From NCBI GenBank assembly GCA_002633005.1, contig NMRA01000130.1:484969-548968 (forward strand): DNA of 64,000 bases. Reading direction: 5' to 3'. The DNA comes from Phoronis australis. Taxonomy: Eukaryota > Animalia > Phoronida. Every line of letters begins with the position of its first letter. The stretch's first letter is position 1. The position numbers and the translations under genes were made by a program. Below are positions 37,501 through 47,656 of this stretch, in pieces. A model generated the notes under the pieces. That model made no database searches. It was not told the origin of the DNA and saw only the letters and a program-made list of their open reading frames with translations.

Positions 37501-40500
37501 ATCTAGAACAGCACACTGCTCATACCACATTATCATAAATTATGCAGAAAAATGTGACACACTAACATTTTCCACTTGCTGTACAAGATGTCGTTCTGTT
37601 GCCAGACACTTTTTCAGCACTCTGACCAAATTCAGAGCATTGCGGCCATACATTTCCTGCAAGTGAAGATTTGAGAGAGATAACATGGCACACACACCAA
37701 CACACAAAGACAGACAACAACCACTCATTGAAAACTAAACTTTTACGCGAAACCATATTTGTCCAACCAAATTATTCTGCTTGCTCCTACGCTCTTTAAC
37801 AACATAAGTCTGTCGTCAAATTGTCAATCAACTCACTGGGTTGATATCTTTATACAAATGTAATCTCTTTTCAGAAAATTTTCTCTTCAGGCCGAGACTA
37901 TGCCACGAAAATCAAGTACCAACTGCTTCACGCCTCACATTCTCATGGATTTACATTTTAGAAAAAACGGTGTTTTCAACACATTTAAGCTTTATATTCC
38001 TGTATTCCTACAAAATGACCAGCATGGATCTTTAAGCGGATTGACAGACATCCAGCTATAGCGCCACCTGGTGAATGATATCTTACGCATTTCATCTGCT
38101 TCAATGTCTCAATTTCCACAATGCATTATACATCTCCCCATCATTAACAGGTCAAAACCCTACCCCAAACTGCGAGCCGGTTTCTATCAGCTTCATTCTG
38201 ATGACAAACATATCTTCCGAGGTGAGTTCATGCGCCTTTTCTTCAATGAGTTTAATAAGGGCATGCAGCAACTGGTTGGCATACTGTTCATGAGCGGGGT
38301 TGTTCTCGTCCAGTTGGTCCCTGTAACACAAAATTAAGTATTTAAAGCGTCCACAACCCCGTCATCTGTCACAAAAACGAACTTTCGATTTAGTCCTTTA
38401 AACATCATGAAACGGGTCTCAAAATTTTCCTTGGTCAAACTAGGTGACTTCTAGAGTTAGAATGAGCCTACATTTTACTTTTGTTTGAGACCAGGCTCTA
38501 CGAGCATAGTCACAAGCAATAACATTAACTATTCAAGCCCAGAAATCACTTCTCACCAGAATTAGGTGGTCTAAATCAAAAGTTAGTTTCTTTCACGGAA
38601 TGTGAATTATGGCTGCTTTAAATGCACTTTCAAATTCAAAGTTTCATGGTGTTTGAGTAACACCCTTCAGACCCATCCATAATCCTGCTATAGGTGTGTA
38701 CTGGCAAACTGCCAGGATGAAGGACTGTTACAGCATCTACCCAACATGACAACCAGGTAGACACCTATTGGCCATCGCAGGAATTAGCTGACTGAAGATG
38801 ACAAGAAGATCATAGTCGCAGTTTCTCTTCAGAGAAATTTTGCCATCGCATTCTCACATTCTCTGCACAGATCTCATGCAGAACGTTTACCCAATGACTA
38901 TATATCAATATGACTAAGGGTGCGTTCTGGAAGTGAACCTTCATCAATGAGATGCAGATACAGTATCTTCTTCTCGTTAGCAACGATATGCCAAAAATGC
39001 TCTATCTGTTCGGGTTGACACCCAGGGTATTTTAACAGAGAGATCAACACCCAAGTGCTAAGCGTAAGGCTAAACTATTTGTTTAAAGGCGAAGGCAACC
39101 TTTTTTCATTTCATTTTTAGCAAAAATAAGGTTCGTTGATTATCCCAGATATATTTTTATTTAATTACAGCTTTTTGTAACTTAAACAATTACTCGTCTT
39201 TTACTCCGGAAGTGTGTTTTGGGAGTCAAGTATTTCACGCCAATTTCTTTTCACATAGTCTGACTGTGAGAGCTTCCGAGTCAGTCATCGTTCTACCTCT
39301 GTTGAGATTAGTTCGGTCGTCGTTTGCTTTTGTTTACGAGTCAGTCAACATGCCACACTGTTGCTGCATACCGAGATGTACTCATTATCGTCCAACGGAC
39401 AGAGGAAGAATTGTCCCACTTGCCCTAGTGTCCCGCGATACACTCCCACTGGATGGTGACCTGAGCACACAAACTGCTTACATCTCGCCGTGTGACTCCC
39501 TCGCTTCATACCTGGCACCATCTAAATAACTCCAATACTTTAGACAAGTCCTCAATAAACTTATCTAAGTTTGGCTCACCAATCTATTCATTGGATAACG
39601 AACTGTCCTCTTCACTGGATGTCGAACGGGACCTATATTCACTCCTTCTAATCAACATCGCAGCAGGGCTGCTTGCAGGCTCTGGGTGATAATGAGTACA
39701 TCCCAGTATGCGCACCAACAGTGTGGCATGTTGACTGACTCGTAAACAAAAGCAAATGACGAACGAACTTGTCACAAGCGAGCTATAACAATGACTGACT
39801 CGACAGCTCTCACAGCCACACTATATGAAAAGAAATTGGCCAAAATTCTTGCCTCCCAAAATGTCACTTCCTGAGTAAAGGACGAATAATTAATTAAAGT
39901 ACGAAAAGCTGCAATTAAGTGGAAAATATGCCTGGGATATCAGAGAACCTTATTTTTGCTAAAAATGACATGAAAAAAGATTGCCTTTCAATTTAAATAC
40001 AATACTAACATTTTATATAATGCTAACACATGGAAGGAAACAACCAAAAATACACAATGAAGAAGGATGTCCAAGGCCTAAGACCAGTAACTGCGGAAAC
40101 TGAATTTGAATATTGACTAACTGCATGACCAGCTTTGAATAAAATTCCAAATTTCAAGTCTTGTGACCGGTCAGCTCTTTAGCCAAGTCTCCACTAAAAT
40201 TCCACGGACATAAACGAAGGTTTGACAAGCGATGAAGATCGATATAAAAAGGCACCGTGGAATAGGTTATAAGATTTTTATATTCTAAAAGGAAATTAAA
40301 GTCAGATGACTGTTGTAATCTTTGGACTGTGAGAAGTTAATGAGTATTAGACTTGAATGACAGTTGGATGTCCTAGGAAACCACAATTTATATAGAAATT
40401 ATCTCAGGTTCAGAAAGATAGAAAAATGATAAACAAGACTTTTTATTCTAATCCCTCAGACGAATAGCAGAAATACAAGGATTAGGCCAGTTTTATGATA

Positions 40501-43500
40501 ACACTGGCAATGAAAAAAGATAATTATGAATTTAATCCCCTGGTGAATAGTAGATAAAAACAAGCCAGTCACCAAACATAACGGCCTTTCATACCACCGA
40601 CAACCCATCAACAACACGTGGATGATTTTGGGAGTATTGGTTGGAATGACCATTTGCCTCCCTCTAATTCAAAGTTTAATAGGTGGATTTAACAGCACAG
40701 CGTCGACGCTTCGATGTACTGTGAAAGTTTAGCTTTGATGTCATCCGAATTATCACCAGGTGTCGCCGTCAATAACAGCACGTGTTGTGTTATTATTTCA
40801 CAATGTACCTGGCCATGACCCCCAATTTGTTGCAAAGAAGCTTGACTCCAGGTCGACACACCATGATTGCTTATAACTTGGGCCTTATTGCTTAATCATA
40901 TCTCATTTCAAATGTTGAAGTATATGCAGTGTATTGTTACAAAACTACATGACTGCAGAGGTGAACAACTGATCAAAATGAATGCCATACCAACAGCGTT
41001 AGCAATATCCTGGTTAATATGTTTGGTTAAGCTCATCAGTTTTGTTACGCGCGTAGGACTGCAACAGTTACCGGATATCACAGAACTGTTGTCCAGCGCT
41101 GCCATTCGGCTGTGCTCCTCAAATCGTTCTCTTTGGTTCCAACAGCGATAAGCGCCACTCAATGGCCAGTATGTTTGCTAAACTGAAATTATGTTCCATT
41201 GACATAGAAAATAGGTAGTCATCATAACTTTTCCTAATAACCACCAAATGGGTTTAAACATTTTACATGACTTTAAGGTTATAAGAAACAGGATGGTAGA
41301 TAACTAGGGTGGGGACATCATGTACGGTCATGGCGGCGTTTTTCCGTCCAGTGACTTTACCAGACGAAGAGGGTTGTGAGCGTGTGACAACATCTAGCAC
41401 ACTCTTTTGTCTGTTATGACAACAGGCAGGTTAATTGTCTACCAGACCACATGTGAACACAGTCAAACCCAGAGCAAATTGGTACAATCGGAAAGAATAG
41501 ATTGTCGTAACTTCGGTTGCATTTGAGCAATTTTGGCAATTCAACAACTAAACATGATCACCATTTGACGAGAATTTCAGAAATGCTATTGGTTTATGTT
41601 CAAATATGTTATATCTTTACTTTTCTCTTTAGCAGCACAGCCCAGTCAGGCTAGATATGATCTTACTGAAGATTAAAGCAATAATCGAACAAAAGAGAGC
41701 TGGCCCTCCAACCATAAATGCAAGAATGGACTTAACCAGTCGTGTAAGATATTGGTTACCTAATTGGGGTGTTCTTCCCAACTTGTTGCTTGGCTATAGA
41801 ATCGAACAAGTCGGGAGCAACGGGAAAACGCCGTAATGGTTGCATTGAGGATTTTAGACGGTCTTGCTAGAAATTGCTTAGCAAATACATAGTATACAGT
41901 GGCTGCTACTCAAGCACACTAGAGTAACCACCTCTATTAAGGCTCTGTTGTTTTCATTTTGGTGGATCCCTATAGCCTATGACTGTGAACATGCAACAAA
42001 AGATATTTCCAATACAGCCGATTGCATAAAACTATGACTTTTCAGGGATATACAGAAGCTGCCAGACAAAACAGGCTGATGAAATCTCAGAGTGGGTCAA
42101 AAGAAAGCGAGTTTGATTTGGAGCCCATGGATACTACAGTAACAGTAAGTACTTGTAAAAATCTGCAACAAATTTCGCAATCGCATAAAATCTGTCAATT
42201 GTTTTGTGTTTCAATTTATGAAAAGAAATATAATGCACATCTAATGTATTTCACAATGAACGTTGACACACGGATAATTTAAATCCGTCTCATTATTTTC
42301 AACATGTAATGTGCCATACTTCTGTTTTACACCTTTGTCCTACTGTCAGGTACATAGAAATTCATTTTGTAATTTTTACAATCAAATCTGAATGTCTTAT
42401 TTGTGATGCCTTCACTTTAGCTTGGTATTCATATTTTCTGAGCCAAAATGGCTACATTAAATTTAAAATGTTTAATTTTTTCATTAATGCAATTTTAGGA
42501 ATGAGGAAAGGCTTATGCTGAAGTGGCTTCTGTTGAAGTTGAAGACCTGCAAATTATTAGTAAAGGTTGGGTATGGAAAAGTTCAAAACCAGCAAAAATT
42601 TACCCTTAACCGTCAAAAAATTCCTTCTGGACAACTAAGTGAGGGGCCTAGAGAGAGAGGCTGAAAAGTCTACTCCCAGAAGATGAGTCAAAGAGAATTT
42701 GTAACTTGAGGAACGAGTCGGGGAAAAAGTATTTGCCAAAGATTACTGGCTTATACCACAACAGGTCCAAAGTAATTTGTTGAGATAGGCTACTCTCAGC
42801 AAATGTGGGAAACTGTAACAGATGGATGAAGGAGATAAGACAGAGGAAGCGGAGTATGTACTGGAAAGAGGCAATCTGCGTCAAGGAAGTAGCATTGTAA
42901 AAATTTAAAAAGTTGAAACAGTACAGTGTCTGGACCTGTAAATACTGTGGCTGATCTGCTAAATCCAGTGGAGGCATGATTATGTCAGCACAGCTTTGTA
43001 GGGAAGTTGGCTTGTGTGTTGTTGCAAGCTTTGCTTGCACCAGAACTACTGTGCGAATAGCACAAATCTAAATTTGACTGGATTGAATTTTTTCCAGCCA
43101 CTGATCATGCTCCTGGGTCAGTGGATTAAGTTGGTTCAGCCACATGGTAATGGTACATTGTTCTTTTTGTTTAGCCACTGGATTTTTTGGTCTCAGGGTT
43201 TCTCAGTGTGGCCATTACATTTAGATGTTTGTTTCAGGATTTCTGACCACTGTACTGTTTCTTTTCCTTGAAATTGTGCAATTGATCTGAATTTATGTTT
43301 ATGCATTTTATTTACCATAATTAATGGATTTTTGTTTGTAAATTAGTATTTGTTATTGACATTTGAGCCCCTGTTGCAGTTTGGCTGGTTTTGTTCACGT
43401 ATCTTTCTGCCTGGGTTGTAAACCTGCATTCCATCCAAGAGGTAATGTTTTGATTTAGAACATTTACCTCTATAAACTTTTCTCAATTTGTTCCTTATCC

Positions 43501-46500
43501 AGACAGGAAGTGATATCTGGAATTGCAGCAAAATGACAGTTTGCTATTACTTGAGACCATGCTGTGTGCATAACATCACACACTACTATACACGCCATCT
43601 TATAGAGATGTCCACTTCAAATGATTTTTTGTTGCAGTACTGAAAAGTGTTGTCACATTAGCTCTGGTGACTCCTTAGTTTTTGGTGAATTGACAATTTT
43701 ATGGTTCCCATGAGTAATTTCATAACTGGTCTAGTATGTATGTACAACTGTCATCGCTCGGCAATCGTAATGCAAACTATGTTGCAAAGGTACTTTTTCC
43801 ATGACCATTTCATTGCAAAAATGCTGTCTAACTGAAACCGACAAGCCAAATTTTCATTTTGTGGTAGTTATTTGTTGATAAGAACATTGATGTGGTACAT
43901 AATTCTCCGTACAAACAGCCACCTCAAGTTTGTGAAGAAGAAATTTACAGTGTTGTCGGCGACATTGTGAAATCCCTTTTTCGCAGTGAGACTACGGTAC
44001 CGTACATCACCTTAAGTGTAATTTCCTGACTTTATGGGTTTTGTGTGGTTGACTCTGTCCTGTATCAATTGGAGAGTTGAAAAGTCTGGAAGGCATTTGT
44101 TTATTAGAGTCATACTGGTAAAATTTGCACTTTTGACTGCGCAGTTATCTTTGTATTGTATTATGAACACATATTTTGTAGTATACTAGTATCTGGTTGG
44201 TGTTTTATATTTTTTCACAAGGAATATTTTCAACTTAGATGAGTTGTCTGTGAGGTAGATAACTTTCAAATGAGATGAGGAATAAGATTGTCAAACATTT
44301 TATTATTTTTTAGGTGTGTGATCTTCCAGTACGTGATTACTTTCGAAAAACCAGTGCAGAATTTGATCTTTACTCTTCATTTAAAAGAGAACGAATCCAT
44401 AAACCTGCATTGTCTAGAACTTTTACTCAAACTGCATATTTAGGGTTGTGGATTGGAATCTTAATACAACGGACTCTGAACCCAAACCATGAGCAATACA
44501 ACACAATACATGGATATAGAAATTTGGTGTTTAGGTTCCAAGGGAAGGATTCGTGTGCGCTATACGAGTTACTGAGGTGCGTGATAAGTGTTTGTGGATA
44601 CTTTGGGATTCCTCTTCTGTGGTCATCCACCGGAAACCTGGTCGCATAGAGAACAATAGATTAGCATCATCATTGTTCCCATTGTTATAATAAAGACAAT
44701 GACAAGCATTTATCGGCAACGGTCTAATGTATGGCCAAGGTTCTATATCCATGTGACCTGTGTTGTTATATCCAACAATAACACAACAGCGGGAAACAAT
44801 GATACGACTGATGGGCAATATACATGCGACAAGTTACCATGGATAGTGGTAGACTTTGTCTTGTCGTTCGAATGCCTTCAAAGAACTGCAAACCTGGTAT
44901 TTCGTCAGGAAAACAAAAGACTTCTTCGGCCTTTTGTTTAAAGTCGTATAAAAATTGTGGTCATGCCACTAAACGTTTCATTTGATATTACAATGAATTG
45001 CATAAACATTTAATCAACAGAAAATCTGATTTGAATACGTGTGAAGAAATAGCCATATGGAAATTACAAGGCATAACAACTATAAATCAAAATAACCTAC
45101 ATTTGTCGAGTTCATGTCACTGGGGAGGACATAATCAGTTTTTACAAAAATGGAGCCATGTTTTGTATCTAGGTGTACTATAGTCTTAGGTGGTAAGTAA
45201 TAAAACATTCAAAACATTCAGGAGGAACAAACTCATTGCAAAATATCAAAAACATTAAAGACAAGCTGATTTTACGTGGTGATGCAACGATCTCAGATAT
45301 TTGAAAAGTTCTCATTTTACATCTGAGGTGCCAAAATGTATAACTAATAAACTGGCTGACAAAGTTTTTATTTTATGCAATGAAAGTAATATGTTTTGTC
45401 AACATTATGGCCAAGTTTCATTCTCATAGCAGTGGGGGCAGATTTGGTACAGCAGTGTACTGAACACAACCTCAAAATGGCATAACGGGGGGCAGTGTAG
45501 TAAAACTACTAAATGAGGGTGGTAAATCGGTATCTTTGTTTTCAAGACATCTGTATAACAATCTCCTGGCATCACTAAACAATGCCATATTAATAATAGT
45601 TCAATAGCTTTTATTCAAGGAAAAATGTAAGCGTTTAAACCTGGACAGTTTTTACAGCGTGAAAACATGGCTGCGAAGCCGTAAAATGTGTTTGAGCCCA
45701 TAACTTTGGTAGAACGCAACATTTTGGGGAAAATATTTTACCACTGTTTATAGATCCCATAGGACTACCTATGTGTCAAATTTGGTGAAAATCGGCTGAT
45801 CCCCACCTTGCCGCTGGGTGGCTGGTGCTCTCGTGGACAAGTACTTAAGACGTAAATTTTGTGTTACACTCCCGCATCACACTTGCTGAAAAAACACTTA
45901 ACCACACTTTATTAGGAGCGTATCAAAGTGTGAAATTTATAGAAATCATCTCAGTAACTGGTTGTCATGTGTATATTCTCAGCGAGATTCAATTATATTT
46001 CTGAAGTAGTTGTGTGGAGCGCAAGACCAAATTTCTGACATTTCAAGAAACAGTCCGACAGAGTTAGAAATTGTGTCGAGCGGAAGATGCTTTTGTGCTG
46101 TCACAAGACTGAAGAACTGTATGTTCAAACTAAATGACGAATCAGATGCTATCCCTAAGAAAAAAAGTTCAATTTCACTGAAATCAAAAGGAAGTGCAGC
46201 CTTGACGGACACAATTAATAAAATCACATTAAAATCTCACATGGAACATTCAAATGTCACATGTGAGAACCAAATGTTTCATGTGAGAAATGCCATTTGT
46301 CACATGGATCGTGAGTTTTACAGTTAAGTAAAAAACCATTTTAGCAAAGTAAATACTGAAATGAAACCACTACTAATACAGCTACCCACTGCACCTACTT
46401 TCAATAGAATTGAGCAAAAAATTTTTTGAGACATTGTGATGTGGAAATTTCGTATTTTTTTTGAATTGCCTTAACAATATAAGTCATGGATATCACTCTT

Positions 46501-47656
46501 CCTAACCACATGTTAATATGACATTCATAACTAACCAATGTTGTTATTACAATAAAAATTCAGCAGTTCTTTCTCAATTATTCTGAAGGTCAGGAAAAAT
46601 GAGTGGCAAAAATGTCTAGGGAACAGAACAAAAAACTATTGATATGAATAGGAATTAAATATGTACCACAGGTATTACGAGTGTAACACTGTACAGTGTC
46701 TCAAAAGAAACATTTAAAATCCCCGAAGACACCGAACTCGGATGGCTAAAAGGACTCTAAAGAGCTTATTGATTTTCTAAGCATGCCCTGAGGTGATGAG
46801 AATTCAGGACCATTCCTAAACACCGTTGGTCTATTTATATACTCGATCACCAACATGTTGTTGATGGTGTTTTGGGTCGTTCATACCTTCATGTCTTTGT
46901 GCTTCCTTGAAATAAGCGCCAATATTTGGCGCAATTTACTGTTAAAACTACACCACTTCGGACGTAAAAAACGGCCAGAATTATACATTTTCATTTTTAG
47001 AAGCTTCAAACTTTGTCGCGAATGCTCGCAGTTTTTCAAAATCATCTCAAAGTAGTTACAATATGAAAACAGTTTCCTCGCCATCCTCTCACAAGTTTGG
47101 AAAAGAGATATACTCTTTAGTGTGTACGCAATGCAACAGCTGCCTATTTTTTTGAACAGCAAATAATTACCGAAAGATTTTGTTCCCCATTTTTACAGGC
47201 CAACTCCTTAACTATAAATGATCAAAATTAAAGTGTTTTACAATGAGGTTGGTTGGCAGCCGTCTGTCTCGAGAGACAATTGCCCCCTATGCCTGTCATT
47301 GGTTGGATTGCAACGTCGGCTGTGACTAAGAATTCCGATTGTGTAGCGGCAGGTTCCGTCACAGTTGTCACAGCCGTGTATTTGATACAGTTCAGTAGGA
47401 GCACAGGCTGCCCTCTGATGCCCCTTTTACAACAATTGCGCAACAAAAAAAAAACTAGTGCTAGAATAACATTCCACTAGTGTGCCAAAATCGGTGAAAA
47501 ATTACGGTAGTTACAAACGGCCACTTACCATTGCTGCTGTTCAAGCCATTGCGAGAAGAAGTGGCGCACCTCGATGGGAAAATGCACCCCATAAATATTC
47601 TGCACTTGGCGCATGGCATCCCCCTGCAGCTGTTGGGTCTTAGCCCACAAAGACAT
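22456..47656 (-). CDS. STAT5: Signal transducer and activator of transcription, STAT5-like; complete spliced CDS, 17 coding exons, 799 aa
   Basis: Exons (-): 47656-47529, 38320-38164, 37656-37567, 37240-37063, 36636-36503, 35454-35303, 34672-34511, 33596-33462, 32376-32238, 31986-31864, 31138-30910, 30284-30137, 28995-28853, 27895-27740, 26723-26660, 25689-25555, 22582-22456. Total 2400 nt, all phases compatible. Motifs: N-domain [14 protein letters not shown]...FPIEVRH, coiled coil, [43 protein letters not shown]2 GTFLLRFSD, pTyr GYV. Confidence 0.96.
23890..24190 (+). pseudogene. Decayed Penelope-like retroelement, C-terminus of the GIY-YIG endonuclease
   Basis: Frame from 24001 reads [59 protein letters not shown], matching the Penelope pattern SA(V/L)AEH...H.IDW....I......EAIHI.....NRD.G...LS.VY; contains an internal stop; 5' boundary approximate. 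Confidence 0.7.
25555..25689 (-). CDS. STAT5: STAT coding exon 16 (transactivation region, PQSP motif)
   Basis: ttccttgtatcacag|(S)[44 protein letters not shown]|gtagag; phase 2/2. Confidence 0.82.
25741..26085. repeat. Three diverged units starting agac(a/t)tgtcaaaat, plus a (GCAC)n microsatellite
   Basis: Units start near 25741, 25879 and 25982; (gcac)n at about 26047-26085. Confidence 0.75.
26100..26640 (+). mobile_element. Family A element copy containing an internal 28-bp x5 tandem repeat (26422-26561)
   Basis: Family A blocks (gaggggctatcag, catggtcaggtgacc, tacataaca+TTAA); repeat unit ctaaaatccaattctaaaagctaaatac. Confidence 0.7.
26660..26723 (-). CDS. STAT5: STAT coding exon 15 (phosphotyrosine segment)
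   Basis: cttctccctaccaag|(E)[20 protein letters not shown]|gtatgt; GYV corresponds to STAT5 GYVKPQIKQVVP. Confidence 0.88.
27740..27895 (-). CDS. STAT5: STAT coding exon 14 (SH2)
   Basis: ttctgcag|(G)[51 protein letters not shown]|gtagga. Confidence 0.95.
28078..28150 (-). mobile_element. tRNA-derived SINE head
   Basis: Minus strand gaggcagtgtgtcctagtgg...gggatcaaatccc has Pol III A-box and B-box-like motifs but no complete cloverleaf. Confidence 0.5.
28853..28995 (-). CDS. STAT5: STAT coding exon 13 (SH2)
   Basis: ttttgtag|(G)[47 protein letters not shown]|gtgcgt. Confidence 0.95.
29521..30121. repeat. 37-bp minisatellite (about 6 units) split by a MITE
   Basis: Unit ccacctggtgactgtaaccatgactacatgctgctca at 29521, 29560, 29597//30005, 30036, 30073 and 30110 (partial). 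Confidence 0.88.
29604..30004. mobile_element. PIF/Harbinger-like MITE, 401 bp, CTG TSD
   Basis: TIRs ggcccggtctccaatctttgtactcgaaa / tttcgagtaaaaagattggggaccgggcc; CTG at 29601-29603 and 30005-30007. Confidence 0.85.
30137..30284 (-). CDS. STAT5: STAT coding exon 12 (linker)
   Basis: ttatgcag|(G)[48 protein letters not shown]|gtaagt. Confidence 0.94.
30910..31138 (-). CDS. STAT5: STAT coding exon 11 (DBD/linker)
   Basis: tttttag|[55 protein letters not shown]...LAQKLF|gtgagt. Confidence 0.95.
31864..31986 (-). CDS. STAT5: STAT coding exon 10 (DNA-binding domain)
   Basis: gtttccag|[41 protein letters not shown]|gtgtgt. Confidence 0.93.
32238..32376 (-). CDS. STAT5: STAT coding exon 9 (DNA-binding domain)
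   Basis: ttgttgtag|(S)[46 protein letters not shown]|gtaggt. Confidence 0.94.
33199..33282. mobile_element. 84-bp palindromic MITE; a partial inverted copy lies at about 37387-37438
   Basis: tataacgtgcc..attttgagaaccagttt ... aaactggttttcaaaat..ggcacgttata. Confidence 0.65.
33462..33596 (-). CDS. STAT5: STAT coding exon 8 (DNA-binding domain)
   Basis: aatttcag|(S)[44 protein letters not shown]|gtaaca. Confidence 0.95.
34059..34560. repeat. 58-bp tandem array (8 full units plus 1 partial) built from the 3' end of STAT exon 7 and its splice donor
   Basis: ggtaacttac motif at 34095, 34153, 34211, 34269, 34327 (mutated to ggtaacttat), 34385, 34443 and 34501. Confidence 0.95.
34511..34672 (-). 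CDS. STAT5: STAT coding exon 7 (end of coiled coil)
   Basis: actgcag|[53 protein letters not shown]|gtaagt. Confidence 0.94.
34850..35010. repeat. About 53-bp tandem repeat, 3 diverged copies
   Basis: cacatctttcagttgaagaaatga...gagttgtggaactta repeated. Confidence 0.8.
35303..35454 (-). CDS. STAT5: STAT coding exon 6 (coiled coil)
   Basis: ttctttcag|[50 protein letters not shown](W)|gtcagt. Confidence 0.94.
36503..36636 (-). CDS. STAT5: STAT coding exon 5 (coiled coil)
   Basis: cttctcag|(S)[44 protein letters not shown]|gtgatt. Confidence 0.9.
37063..37240 (-). CDS. STAT5: STAT coding exon 4 (coiled coil)
   Basis: cttaacag|[15 protein letters not shown]...[22 protein letters not shown]|gtgagt. 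Confidence 0.92.
37567..37656 (-). CDS. STAT5: STAT coding exon 3
   Basis: cttgcag|[30 protein letters not shown]|gttagt. Confidence 0.92.
38164..38320 (-). CDS. STAT5: STAT coding exon 2 (N-domain)
   Basis: tgttacag|; [52 protein letters not shown]|gtaggg. Confidence 0.92.
39087..39992. mobile_element. Kolobok-like non-autonomous element with about 300-bp inverted arms and TTAA TSD
   Basis: TTAA at 39083-86 and 39993-96; arms 39087-39389 and 39688-39992 are imperfect reverse complements; left arm ends in a THAP-like start, [10 protein letters not shown]. Confidence 0.8.
47529..47656 (-). CDS. STAT5: STAT coding exon 1 (N-domain); the exon begins at 47676 with 20 nt of 5'UTR
   Basis: ctgttacag|...ATG; [42 protein letters not shown](W)|gtaagt. 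Confidence 0.95.

Noticed and set aside
42620-43100. Purine-rich decayed coding-like stretch with WTCKYC and further Cys/His (PHD-like)
   Set aside because: Multiple stops and too few motifs to assign; probably an old transposon relic.
44314-44649. 111-aa ORF, perhaps the 3' end of a LINE ORF2
   Set aside because: Only vague resemblance, with no recognisable RT motif.
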